A stretch of 64,000 bases of DNA from an uncultured Desulfatibacillum sp. (GCA_964570965.1 CAZNAX010000002.1:20095-84094), one strand, 5' to 3'. Positions 36,431-45,969 are shown, counted from the first letter of the stretch. The notes: a model not told the origin generated them from the letters alone. A program made the numbers and translations.

Positions 36431-38110
36431 CTAGTTGCCGTGGCGGCCGTCGGGATGCCCGCGGCTGAACCCCTCGATCAGATCCCAGAACAGAGTCTCC
36501 ATGCCGGGATGCGGCAGCGGCCGCATCGGCACTAGACCGGGCTTGTACCCGCGGCGCGTGAAGTTGCGGATGAAGTCCGGGTTGCCGCTGATGACGTGGA
36601 CCGGCACGGACCAGGGCTGCTCCGAATCCATGAGTTCGACGCACGGCTGGTGATCGCCGACGATGATGATCAGTCCGTTTGGGTCGATATGGCGGCGAAT
36701 GAAATCCTTCAGCAGGGTGATCACATGGGCAATGGCCGCGCTGTAGGCGGGCGATGCTTCCGGCAGCCGGATCCATCCGAAGGGAAAGCGCAACGGCGGG
36801 ATCGTGTGAAAAACCGACCCGTCGCCGATCAGATCCCAATCGTCAAGATAAGGGGCTTGGATGTCGAAGGCCGCGTGGCTGCCGGTCAAAATGACCTCGA
36901 CGAACAGCGGGCGGGCGGTGTCCTGGATGATCCGGCGGGCCACCCAGTCGAGCACGAACTGATCCGGCATGAGCGCGAAGCCGAATGTCGGGCCGCGGTA
37001 GTCAAAATCCGATGCGATCAACGTCTGTTCGTAGCGATAAAATGCGCCTTCCGGCCAGGGCCATTGGGTCCCGGGCATGGCGCGGACCGTGCGGTAGCCG
37101 GCTCGGTTGAAATAATCGGACATGGGGGCGAGGGCCGACACCAGCAACAGGTCGTGCGCGATTTGGCTGTCGATGTGAACGCCGCTGGCAAGCGTGGCGT
37201 GGGAGAGCCAGGATCCTCCGCCGAAAGTCGGCGCGGTTAAATAGGCGGAGCACATGTCGAAGCCTATGGAGCGCAGCTCGGCCTCTGTCTTCCGTGCGGC
37301 CGGAAGGACCTTGGCGGCATGGCGGGGGTCGTTGAAGGCACTCATTCCGTAAGATTCGACCACGATCAGGAACACCGACGCCCGATTCAGATCCAGCAAA
37401 TCGCCGCGGGCTCGATGGGCGCGCTCCATGGCTTCGCCAAAGAGGGCCTGGTGGTGGTTCCGGATTTCACCCAGATTCAGGATGAACTGCAATTCTTCGG
37501 TCAACCGCGGGAAAATGGACGCTTTTATGAATCCGGTCGGCGCTCCGGCGGCGACCATCCAAATCATGCCCGATAGAACTGCTACCGCCAAGCGGAGGTG
37601 CCGGTGGGCCGGTGACCGGCTGGTCAGCCCGTCATGCAGACCCTTGAGCGCCCGCCAAACGCTCCAGCCCATCGCGGCGATTCCTGCACCGGCTCCGAGG
37701 ATTCCCAACAGCACCGCCTCCGGTGGTCGGGTCCGCCAGAGCAAAATAACCAGGTCGGGCAGGCGCTGCGAATCCATAAATAGGTTGAAGGCCCGGTTGA
37801 AGACCATCGGGACCAGGCGGTCGGCCCATTGAAACAAATTGAGCAGGATCACGGACACCATGACGGCGGCGTAAGCGAGCGGTTGAAAGCTCCGGCCCGA
37901 GCGGACCAGCAGGCACATGCCGGCCAGAAGGCAGAGCCCATCCGATGACACCCGGAGCAGCGCGGACCATTCCATCTTGCCATAGGGAATCTCCAGGCAC
38001 AGAAGCGCGTTGAGGAAAAAAAACCCCGCGGTGAGCTTGAAGACCGGAAACCAGGCGCTCGGCGGCCTCTCATGTGGGGCGCGGGAAGCAAGGAAGCGGA
38101 TGGAGTCCAT
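36431..38110 (-). CDS. Membrane-anchored alkaline-phosphatase-superfamily protein (sulfatase/LTA-synthase-like)
   Basis: About 5 N-terminal TM helices, then VFLIVVESYGMSAF, TAPTFGGGSWLSH and IIIVGDHQP. The ATG at 38110 is preferred over the TTG at 38122. Confidence 0.6.
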   Translation of the reverse strand: MDSIRFLASRAPHERPPSAWFPVFKLTAGFFFLNALLCLEIPYGKMEWSALLRVSSDGLCLLAGMCLLVRSGRSFQPLAYAAVMVSVILLNLFQWADRLVPMVFNRAFNLFMDSQRLPDLVILLWRTRPPEAVLLGILGAGAGIAAMGWSVWRALKGLHDGLTSRSPAHRHLRLAVAVLSGMIWMVAAGAPTGFIKASIFPRLTEELQFILNLGEIRNHHQALFGEAMERAHRARGDLLDLNRASVFLIVVESYGMSAFNDPRHAAKVLPAARKTEAELRSIGFDMCSAYLTAPTFGGGSWLSHATLASGVHIDSQIAHDLLLVSALAPMSDYFNRAGYRTVRAMPGTQWPWPEGAFYRYEQTLIASDFDYRGPTFGFALMPDQFVLDWVARRIIQDTARPLFVEVILTGSHAAFDIQAPYLDDWDLIGDGSVFHTIPPLRFPFGWIRLPEASPAYSAAIAHVITLLKDFIRRHIDPNGLIIIVGDHQPCVELMDSEQPWSVPVHVISGNPDFIRNFTRRGYKPGLVPMRPLPHPGMETLFWDLIEGFSRGHPDGRHGN

Positions 38111-38131
38111 GACGGTTGGCAAACCTTCGGG

Positions 38132-39229
38132 TTAAGCAAAATCGGGCGGGGCCTTGGCCACTCCCTCCAGAAACTCGCACCCGCGCCGCATCGATTCCTG
38201 CCAGGAGGGGCTCGCCGAAAACGTCTTCAACGCGGCCAGACCCATTTCCGCCAGTTTTGCGCGGTTGCCATGGAGAACTTGGAGGTGGCGGCACACGGCC
38301 TCCCGGTCTCCCGCCGCCACCAGAAATCCGTTTACGGCGTGGCGCACGAATTCCCTCACTCCACCCTCTTCAGAACCGATGACCGGCAGGCCGAAGGCCA
38401 TGGCCTCGAGGGCGGCGATGCCGAAGCTCTCGTGCGCGAAGGGCATGACGAAGACCTGGGCGGCTGTAAACACGAGACGCAGGTGCTCACCGTCCACCGT
38501 ATCGAGCAATCGCACCTGCGCCTGCAGCCCCCGTCCGGAAATCAGATCTCGAATGGCACGCGCGCACTTGCGATCGGCTGTCTGGCTGCCCGCGGCGGTG
38601 AGCCGCCATATGGCGGGCGGCAAATGCGAGAGGCTTTCCAGCAGGGGCCCCAAGCCCTTGACCGGAGAAAGATTGCCGACAAACAGCAGCTCCAGCGGGC
38701 CGGGCCTCCGGCTGCGTTCAAGGATGGTTCGCTCGGATGAGATCCGGCCCAGTCGGTTTCCGGCCGGAGGGACGACCTGCATCGCAGCGTTCCGGCCCAA
38801 CAGGTTCCGGGCTGCTTCCCTGCTGAAATGGCTGGTGAACAGGCATCCGTCTACCGTTCGAAAAAAATGCCGTTCGAACAGGCTGTAGACCCAATTGAAA
38901 AGCCGGCGGCGGGGCTGCCGGCAGAGCACCTGGTGCACGACGGCGATGATCGTCGCTCGCCGTCGGGCGCGCAGGCGGCGGTTGGCGAATATCAGGGACG
39001 GGTGGCAGAGCCCGTCCTGCAGCAGCAGGTCCCAGCTGCGTTCGGTCAGCCGGGCGGTAGTTGCGTATGAAAGGTTGTCGAGAAGACACAAGGCATAGGG
39101 CTTTAAGAGCAGCGGGATCACATCCACCCGATGGCCGCGCGCCTGCAGCGCTTCCTTCAGGTAGCGGTCGTAAAGATAACCGCCCGTCAGCGTGTCGATC
39201 CGGCCGTAGATGACCAGGCCGATGCGCAT
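38132..39229 (-). CDS. Glycosyltransferase, GT-B fold (GT4 family-like)
   Basis: ATG at 39229 (MRIGLVIYGRIDTLTGGYLY). The C-terminal half carries FVMPFAHESFGIAALEAMAFGLPVIGS (an EX7E-type motif). The start shares one nt with the stop of the upstream PTPS-like gene. Confidence 0.8.
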   Translation of the reverse strand: MRIGLVIYGRIDTLTGGYLYDRYLKEALQARGHRVDVIPLLLKPYALCLLDNLSYATTARLTERSWDLLLQDGLCHPSLIFANRRLRARRRATIIAVVHQVLCRQPRRRLFNWVYSLFERHFFRTVDGCLFTSHFSREAARNLLGRNAAMQVVPPAGNRLGRISSERTILERSRRPGPLELLFVGNLSPVKGLGPLLESLSHLPPAIWRLTAAGSQTADRKCARAIRDLISGRGLQAQVRLLDTVDGEHLRLVFTAAQVFVMPFAHESFGIAALEAMAFGLPVIGSEEGGVREFVRHAVNGFLVAAGDREAVCRHLQVLHGNRAKLAEMGLAALKTFSASPSWQESMRRGCEFLEGVAKAPPDFA

Positions 39230-39606
39230 CAGATCGTTTCCGTGTAGGCCGCCCACGCATAGGGATTTTCCCAGATCGTCACGGCAACTTCGCGCAGGCG
39301 GGCGGTCGGAAACCGCAACCGCAATGCGCGGCACAGGATTCGCGCCAGATGCTCGATGCTCGGGTTGAGCCCCTGAAACGCCGGCAGATCGTTCAATGGC
39401 TTGCCGCGGACGTCGGCCAGCACCCCATCGAGTGCCGCCGACATCGCGTCGATGTCCGCCAGAAACCCGTGGGGGTCAAGTTCCTCGCCGGCCAGGCGAA
39501 ATTCGACGCGATAGGCGTGCGAATGAAGGCGGTTCTCCGGGCCGAAATCGGCTCCGATCAAATAGTGCTGCAAGATAAGCTCACGCTGTACGGCAACGCG
39601 GTACAT
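39229..39606 (-). CDS. 6-pyruvoyl-tetrahydropterin synthase/QueD-fold protein (divergent)
   Basis: ATG at 39606 (MYRVAVQRELILQHYL...NRLHSHAYRVEF...). The His triad positions are retained. The Cys of the CxxxHGH signature is Glu here (ENRLHSH). Confidence 0.6.
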   Translation of the reverse strand: MYRVAVQRELILQHYLIGADFGPENRLHSHAYRVEFRLAGEELDPHGFLADIDAMSAALDGVLADVRGKPLNDLPAFQGLNPSIEHLARILCRALRLRFPTARLREVAVTIWENPYAWAAYTETI

Positions 39607-39622
39607 CGGCGATACCTGCCTA

Positions 39623-40645
39623 TCATCCGCTATAGGTGAAAACGACCTGAAGGGCCTCTTCCGGCCTGCGATCCAGAATATCGTAGGCTTCCGCCGCACG
39701 TTCGACCGGTATTTCATGGGTGATGAGCCGGGACGGCCGAACCACCCGAAGCATGTCCCAAACCGTCTCGCCGCGCCGCCTCCGATCCCAGCGCAGCGCG
39801 AAATCCGCCGGCAGGGTGCTCACCTGGCTGGCGATCATACGGATGCGGCTGCGGTGAAAACGGCCGCCGAGATGGACCACGCTTGGCGACGCTCCATACC
39901 AGGAGCCGATGACGATGCGGCCTCCGAACCCGATCAGATCGACGGCGGCGTTCAGAGCAGATGAATCGCTCGAGAGCTCGAACACCAGATCGGACATGGC
40001 TCCGCCGGTGCTGGATGCGAGGTGCGACTTCAGAATCTCCATCTCCGGAAGGTCAAAGGCGGCCTGAGCTCCCATGTCCAGCGAGGCCTTGCGCCGGCGC
40101 GGGAGCGGGTCGACGGTAAGCAGGCCGCGCAACGGATACCGGGCGAGCAGGGCAGCGGCGAGCAGCCCCACCACTCCCTGGCCGAGGACGGCCACCGTTT
40201 CGCCGATCGTCGGCTGTCCGTCCAGCATCAGGGTGACGGCCGTCTCCATATTGGCGAAAAACAGGGCGTCGCGGTCGTCAATGCCGTCCGGAATGGGCAC
40301 CGTTTCCTCCGACTTGATGGAAAAGTGGCTGGCATGGGGGTGAAAGCAGAACACGCGGCGCCCCATCCAGTGGTCGGAGACATCCGGCCCGGTTCCGGTC
40401 ACTTGGCCGACGGCGGCATATCCGTACCGCAGCGGATAGTCCGCCCGTCCGGCCAGCGATGACAAGTCTGCGTCCATGGGCAGGTCCCGGGGCACCCGGC
40501 CGCGGTAGAACAAGAGCTCGGTGCCGGCGCTGATGGCCGAGAGATGAGTTCGGACAGCGACTTCGCCCGATTCCGGCGGCCGGAGCGCTTCACGGCCAGC
40601 ACCGATCTGGAAGGGTCCGTGCATGATGACGACGGTGCGCTTCAT
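39623..40645 (-). CDS. Medium-chain (zinc-type) dehydrogenase/reductase family protein
   Basis: ATG at 40645 (MKRTVVIMHG...). Motif LSAISAGTELLFYRG and the Rossmann motif VLGQGVVGLLAA. ATGA overlap with the upstream gene's stop. Confidence 0.7.
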   Translation of the reverse strand: MKRTVVIMHGPFQIGAGREALRPPESGEVAVRTHLSAISAGTELLFYRGRVPRDLPMDADLSSLAGRADYPLRYGYAAVGQVTGTGPDVSDHWMGRRVFCFHPHASHFSIKSEETVPIPDGIDDRDALFFANMETAVTLMLDGQPTIGETVAVLGQGVVGLLAAALLARYPLRGLLTVDPLPRRRKASLDMGAQAAFDLPEMEILKSHLASSTGGAMSDLVFELSSDSSALNAAVDLIGFGGRIVIGSWYGASPSVVHLGGRFHRSRIRMIASQVSTLPADFALRWDRRRRGETVWDMLRVVRPSRLITHEIPVERAAEAYDILDRRPEEALQVVFTYSG

Positions 40646-41403
40646 GCGGCCGTCCACCGCGGACAGTCCCATATGACAAGATCGCGCCCGAGTACTTGGT
40701 AGAAAGGCTGATGGAGATGCATGTCGAGCGCCGGCTCGGACGCTGTGGCATCGATCACAGGCAGGCCTCCCAAAAATCGCGGACTGATGGTGACGATGAT
40801 CACATCGGCAAGCTGCGACCGGAGGAAGCTGGTGATCACCCGGGCGCCGCCTTCCACCATGATGGTGTTGACCTCCCGGTCTGCCAACCAGCGCATCAAG
40901 GCGGTCAGGTCAATGCGGCCCTCCGCCGTCGTCGGGCAGGCCACCGGGTCCGCACCGGATCGCACCAGTTCACGCACTCGTTCCGGCGGGGCTTTCGGAT
41001 CATGGATCAGCCAGGGCCGCACGTCCGGGCGTCGGAGCAATCGGGCCGCAGGCGGGGTTCGCAATTGGGTGTCGAGAACGATGGGGTGCGGGTTCGGACC
41101 GCTCACCGATTGGGCCGTCAGACGGGGATCGTCCGCTAGGATGGTACCGATCCCCACCAGGATCACCTCGCATAGGGTCCGGATGGAGTAAGTGAGCTGC
41201 ATGGATTCGGGTCCGCTCAGGCGGATGCGTTCGCGGTTCCGACCGGCAATGCTGCCGTCGACGCTTTGGGCGTAGCTCAGCACCACGAATGGACGGCCTC
41301 GGTCGGCGCGGAATTCGGCCGCCAGCGACAGGATCGCGCTCAAATCCGGCAGCCCTCGAATGAGCCGGTGATGAATGGTTGAATCCGGGTGTTCTTTTTC
41401 CAT
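40642..41403 (-). CDS. RibD C-terminal-domain/dihydrofolate-reductase-like reductase
   Basis: ATG at 41403 (MEKEHP...). Motifs VVLSYAQSVDGSIAG, ILVGIGTILADDPRLT and IMVEGGARVITSF. Confidence 0.7.
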   Translation of the reverse strand: MEKEHPDSTIHHRLIRGLPDLSAILSLAAEFRADRGRPFVVLSYAQSVDGSIAGRNRERIRLSGPESMQLTYSIRTLCEVILVGIGTILADDPRLTAQSVSGPNPHPIVLDTQLRTPPAARLLRRPDVRPWLIHDPKAPPERVRELVRSGADPVACPTTAEGRIDLTALMRWLADREVNTIMVEGGARVITSFLRSQLADVIIVTISPRFLGGLPVIDATASEPALDMHLHQPFYQVLGRDLVIWDCPRWTAA

Positions 41404-41561
41404 CGCTTCGATACGCAACGTTTGAACGTTCGGGGATGAGGCATGGATTGACTCAGTGGGCTGATTGAGCCAGGTGCATCATCGGCAAGGCTGCCCTAAA
41501 CCGGATGCGAACCATTGGCGTCCGCATCCCTTTTGCCCGCTAACACGCTGCCTTCCGGTTG

Positions 41562-42653
41562 TCATATGCGCGGGCGGCCGGCTCCCGTGAACATCAGGGC
41601 CTGCGCGGCCATCAAGCCGACGGTGGCCGCGCAGGCCGGCAGGTTTGGGACCAGCCAAAGCGCGTATGACACGCTTAATAGCATTGCAGCCGCACGCGCG
41701 ACAACCCCCAATACGCACAAGGCCGTGCATGCCAGCACCCCCACCCGTACGAGCAGGGGCACATTTCCCCAGCGGTCATCCGGCGATGCGTAAAAAGTCA
41801 GGCACAGACTGGCTGCAAGAGTGAGTCGCAAGATCAGCGGCAGGCTGCAGGCCAGTCGCTTTCCAAAGAAATTCAGTGCGCGTGACAGGGCGCTACCGAC
41901 TCCTGCGGCGGGGCCGCAGACGATATGCCAGTCTCGACCCAGACTGAGCCCCATCGCAAGGGTCATGACCCATGCCGCTGGCCGCGTGGCCTCCGGCTTG
42001 AAAACCGGCAACAGCGCCAATCCGGCCGTGGCCATTACGCATCCGGCGATCCACCGGGCATCCGGCCGCGGGGGCACGGGGTGGACCGAACAGCCGGCGC
42101 CGCGACGCAGATGGATCGCAACCCGGAGCACGTAGTAGCCGATCCCGACCCAGAGATAGGGCAGCGGAGCTTTAGCGCTCAACACCAGCAGCAAAGCGGC
42201 CAGGAGCAACCCGAGGGCATCGATCTGGGTGTCGAGATAGACTCCCAGGCGTGTGATGTTGTGGGTGATGCGGGCGACTTGGCCGTCGAGGAAATCCAGA
42301 GCTGCCACGGAAAGGTAGACAATTCCCGGTAGCCATTCCCAGAAGGTTCCCGCCCCAACGATCGGTGCCTGGAAAAGAAATCCGGCCAGGGTCGCTGTCA
42401 GTACCGCGCGGGCGATGGTGACAAGGTTGGCGGCGCCGAGAGTTGGACGCAGTCGAGGGTCGCCGGGGGGATGATTGCGATGCAGATGCTTTCGCAGCTG
42501 CCAAAGAAACCCGGCTAAAACCAAGGCAGCGGGAAGGCTCCACCGCATGGCCGCATGGAGACTGATCCCTGCCGTCAGGACGCCGGCGACGCCGAGGGCA
42601 TAGGTGCCGCAGATCGCCGCAAGGACTGCCCACTGACGCCTAAGGCGTTCCAT
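41562..42653 (-). CDS. CDP-alcohol phosphatidyltransferase family membrane protein with extended C-terminal TM region
   Basis: DFLDGQVARITHNITRLGVYLDTQIDALG matches DG(x)2AR(x)8G(x)3D(x)3D. Polytopic. ATG at 42653; an alternative GTG at 42674 would overlap the sbcB stop. Confidence 0.8.
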   Translation of the reverse strand: MERLRRQWAVLAAICGTYALGVAGVLTAGISLHAAMRWSLPAALVLAGFLWQLRKHLHRNHPPGDPRLRPTLGAANLVTIARAVLTATLAGFLFQAPIVGAGTFWEWLPGIVYLSVAALDFLDGQVARITHNITRLGVYLDTQIDALGLLLAALLLVLSAKAPLPYLWVGIGYYVLRVAIHLRRGAGCSVHPVPPRPDARWIAGCVMATAGLALLPVFKPEATRPAAWVMTLAMGLSLGRDWHIVCGPAAGVGSALSRALNFFGKRLACSLPLILRLTLAASLCLTFYASPDDRWGNVPLLVRVGVLACTALCVLGVVARAAAMLLSVSYALWLVPNLPACAATVGLMAAQALMFTGAGRPRI

Positions 42654-42670
42654 GGCAGGCCGGGGTGAAC

Positions 42671-44110
42671 TCACGTTGAACCTTGGTCGAGGACTGTATT
42701 GAAACGGTCTTTGATGTAATGTTCCAAGTCCGTCAAGATATCCGCTGGTTCGGTGTGGGGATCGGTGGACTGCTGCAACTGCCTGATTTCAGACAACGCG
42801 GATTGGGGGCACCGGCGCGGGATGCCGGTGAAATCCAGCGCCGGTTCTCCGGCGTGTATGCGCTCCAGAAAAGCGGCGGACTCGGTGCGAAGCCGGTCGG
42901 GCAGTTCGGCTGAAAAGTTTCGGAACAGCACCCGAGCGGCCAGGCAGCGAACCTCGCGTCCGGCGAAACAATCGAGGATATCGGCCTTCGCGGGCAGATC
43001 GGCGGCGTGGAACTCCCGGCACAAGGCCTCGTCCGGCTTCGCGAAGAAGCCGTTTTGGTAGAGGCCGGCGTCGGCGTCCAGGTCCGGTATGAACGGGTAA
43101 CGGTAGCGGCGATGATGACGGATGATGCTCTCCAAAAGATGCGGATGGGACTCGAGCCATGCAAGGTTTTCTTGCATGCATTGCCGGCGATCGGGGTCGA
43201 TCCGCTGGATATAGCGTGCATGGGGCGGAAGCAGGACGGCCGGCTCTCCGAAACGCTTGCGGGTCACCCAGGTGGTATCGGCCACGGTTTCGAGTCGGGT
43301 CTCCCGCAGGCTGGGTAGGTCCAGGCGCAGCCAGAGGGTCTGCTTGGGATAGGGAATTGAATTGCCGATCGACAGCACCGGCACCTGAAACGCCAGGCGG
43401 GTGCCGAATTCGCTGGCCGTCATCAGCCCCAATCGATGAGGCCCCATGCTGCTCTGGATCACAGCGGGAAGCTCTTCGGCACGCTGAGCATCCACATCCT
43501 TGCTGAAACAACCCTCCAGGTATTGCCACATCTTTTGATCGCTGAAGAGAATCCGAGCGAGCCTTAAAGATGCCTCCGCGTCGGACATGGCATCGTGGGA
43601 CGGGCCGGTGAACAACCCGTTGAGCATTCCGATGTCCTCCAGTTTCAAAGAGGCTTTGCCGCTGGGCACTGGCCATTGCAAGGCGTGGCTGCGGTAGAGC
43701 CAGTAAATGATGGTGATGGGCAGGAGGTCCATCCGCCGGCAGTGGTTGGCATATTGATGGGTGTAAGGTGGCAGCAGGTTCCGGTAAAAGGAGAACCGTA
43801 AAAACTCGTCATCGAATCCGATCGAGTTGTAGCCGATACTCGTGGTTCCCGGCCGGTTCACCTGCGCATGGATTTCTCTCATCGCCGCGTATTCGTTGCG
43901 CCCCGACAAGAAGCGCTCGGCGCGGATGCGGTTGACCAGAATGGCCTGGGGGGAGGGAATCACATCCGGCCGCAGCCGAATCCGCACACTGAAGCGCTCG
44001 CTCTCATTCAGTTGGAGGTCGGTGCGGATGGCCGCAAATTCGAGGACCTGGTCAAACGCCCGATTCAGTCCCGAAGTTTCGGTGTCGTAGAAGAGAAAAG
44101 AGCCGGCCAT
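42671..44110 (-). CDS. sbcB: Exodeoxyribonuclease I
   Basis: 479 aa. FLFYDTETSGLNRAFDQVLEFAAIRTD (Exo I motif), HDAMSDAEA (Exo III motif), and an SbcB-type C-terminal domain of the expected length. Confidence 0.88.
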   Translation of the reverse strand: MAGSFLFYDTETSGLNRAFDQVLEFAAIRTDLQLNESERFSVRIRLRPDVIPSPQAILVNRIRAERFLSGRNEYAAMREIHAQVNRPGTTSIGYNSIGFDDEFLRFSFYRNLLPPYTHQYANHCRRMDLLPITIIYWLYRSHALQWPVPSGKASLKLEDIGMLNGLFTGPSHDAMSDAEASLRLARILFSDQKMWQYLEGCFSKDVDAQRAEELPAVIQSSMGPHRLGLMTASEFGTRLAFQVPVLSIGNSIPYPKQTLWLRLDLPSLRETRLETVADTTWVTRKRFGEPAVLLPPHARYIQRIDPDRRQCMQENLAWLESHPHLLESIIRHHRRYRYPFIPDLDADAGLYQNGFFAKPDEALCREFHAADLPAKADILDCFAGREVRCLAARVLFRNFSAELPDRLRTESAAFLERIHAGEPALDFTGIPRRCPQSALSEIRQLQQSTDPHTEPADILTDLEHYIKDRFNTVLDQGST

Positions 44111-44255
44111 AAGCAGTTGTTTGCGGCTCCCGCATGGCCTTTGTCAAGAAAAATCGGCGCCCGGATCACGGTGCAAGGGTGCATGCCGCAGGATCAGCCG
44201 GTTTTCGGGGGCGTTTTCTTCGGCCCTGCGCCCTGGGCCTCGGTCCCCGGGCCGT

Positions 44256-45368
44256 TTATTGCGTCGTGATGACCAGATCGTCGTGGCCGTAGCCGAACTC
44301 GGTCAGGAGATCGCCAACGGTCTTGACGATTTCGTCGGGGGGAAGCTTGGTTTCTACGTAGATGTTCGTCTTGCGGATTTTTTCCGGAATTCTCAGCTGG
44401 TCCGAATAGCGCGAGAAACAAGGCTTCAGGTCGTCATAGAGCCAGAGCACTTTTTCGAAATCCTGGGGGTGAGCGGAGGCGAAGCAGTTGCATAGCGTGG
44501 TCAACATGTCCTCCCAGGTTTTTGCCGGATACGTGTTGCCTTGAAAGCTGAAGGAAGAAATCGTTTTGTCCGCAAAAAACTCGGGTTTCTTGGTTTTAAT
44601 ATCGGAGCTGTTGTCGGAGAGCACGGGGAAGGATGGTGCGACCCGCGCGCCGGACGGGGAAGAGGGCGGTGGAGCGGGGGCGTGCTCACGTGCAAGCGTC
44701 CAGTGTTCGAAATGGGCACGGATGAACGCTTCGACCATACCCGGATCGGCCTTATAACCGCAGATCTTCTCGGTCGCGTCGCTTAAAATTTCCACCAGAA
44801 TTTTATTCGGCCCTGTCAGTACCCGGTTCCAGGCATCCGGCAGGACATCGGCCGCCATTTTTCGCTTATGTTTCTGATAGGCCGCTTTGGCCGATTCAAG
44901 GTATTCACCGCTGACGATCTTCTCCCGGCTCAAAAAGGCCATTAGATCTAAAGCCATGTCCTCCGGTTTTTGTTCGAACAAGTCGCAGACATGGCAACGT
45001 TTCTGTGCCAAGGAGCCCTTGGCTGTCGGCAGGTAGAACCACCAGCGGGCCCCATCGGTGTGCGCGGCAAGGTCAACTGCTTCGCGGGCGGCAAATGCGA
45101 CGAGCTGCTTATGAAGCTCATCCGGGTTTTCCCCAGTGCGCTTTACGTCCAGAATCATTTTGCCGATGCCGTCGATGCGCAACGCATAGGACACCGTAAC
45201 AGACTCCGAGGAAAAATCCGGGTAGACCTCCTCCACGTTGAAAATATCCCAGCCCAGCAGTGACAGCAATCTTAAAGCGACGGCCTGCTTGATCGAGGCC
45301 TCATCGAGGGAATGCATTTTCTTATTCGATTTGAGGTCTTTGACAAAGGCCATGACCGGCTTTTTCAT
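44256..45368 (-). CDS. Hypothetical protein with N-terminal HsdR-N/PD-(D/E)xK-like domain
   Basis: ATG at 45368 after GGAGGA. EASIKQAVALRLLSLLGWDI...VSYALRIDGIGKMILDVKRTG resembles type I restriction HsdR N-terminal-like nuclease folds. I do not recognise the remaining ~250 aa. Confidence 0.5.
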   Translation of the reverse strand: MKKPVMAFVKDLKSNKKMHSLDEASIKQAVALRLLSLLGWDIFNVEEVYPDFSSESVTVSYALRIDGIGKMILDVKRTGENPDELHKQLVAFAAREAVDLAAHTDGARWWFYLPTAKGSLAQKRCHVCDLFEQKPEDMALDLMAFLSREKIVSGEYLESAKAAYQKHKRKMAADVLPDAWNRVLTGPNKILVEILSDATEKICGYKADPGMVEAFIRAHFEHWTLAREHAPAPPPSSPSGARVAPSFPVLSDNSSDIKTKKPEFFADKTISSFSFQGNTYPAKTWEDMLTTLCNCFASAHPQDFEKVLWLYDDLKPCFSRYSDQLRIPEKIRKTNIYVETKLPPDEIVKTVGDLLTEFGYGHDDLVITTQ

Positions 45369-45546
45369 GACATCCTCCAGACACAAGTACAGAACTTGTC
45401 GACGCGGCAGAAAGCGCCTGCAATGCCGCCTGTTGCCTATATCGGTCACCTCTTTTCAAGACTTGAGTGACGGCGCATGCTCCGGCTCATGTTTTAGTCG
45501 TCGGTGGCGATATCTTTTAAGACACGTTTCGATCGGAGGCGACGCG

Positions 45547-45762
45547 ATGCGGCCTAAAATTTTATTCTGGCTTGCGGTGGCAATGGCGGTGATAGGGGTG
45601 CATTCTCCTGAAGGGAATCTATTTTATTTTTTAGCCGTGCATTCCTCGATGCTTTTGATTGCAACCTTGCTCCAGCGGCGTGAAAAAAGGGGACGTAGAC
45701 CTGCATCAGTGGGAGCTTCATCTCCCCAGCCCACGGCCGCCGCCAAGGCCAAAGCCAGGTAG
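45547..45762 (+). CDS. Possible small membrane protein (71 aa)
   Basis: ATG at 45547 preceded by GGAGG with a 7-nt spacing. MRPKILFWLAVAMAVIGVHSPEGNLFYFLAVHSSMLLIATLL gives two hydrophobic helices, followed by a basic tail. No family recognised. Confidence 0.3.
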   Translation: MRPKILFWLAVAMAVIGVHSPEGNLFYFLAVHSSMLLIATLLQRREKRGRRPASVGASSPQPTAAAKAKAR

Positions 45763-45969
45763 CCATTCGGAAGCATCTGCCGGCTGCGACGACCTGTCCG
45801 ATCGATTGTCAAACTAATAAAACCTGGTCTTTTCTTTAGCTTAGTACCGATTTATGACAATTTTTTGACAGCAGCAGCAGATAAAACGAGTCTAAAAATG
45901 GAATCTTAACTGAGCGAAATTTATAATAACTATTCGAAAATTATATTAAAAAATGATTTTAGATTTTCT

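Noticed and set aside
45869-45880. (CAG)4 microsatellite in the AT-rich intergenic region
   Set aside because: It is too short to be meaningful and has no coding or regulatory context that I can support.
45896-45903. Shared 8-mer AAATGGAA between the small-ORF upstream region (45896-45903) and the psp control region (47865-47872) as evidence for a common PspF site
   Set aside because: Both regions are AT-rich. By rough estimate, several chance 8-mer matches are expected between regions of this size and composition, so this is not evidence on its own.
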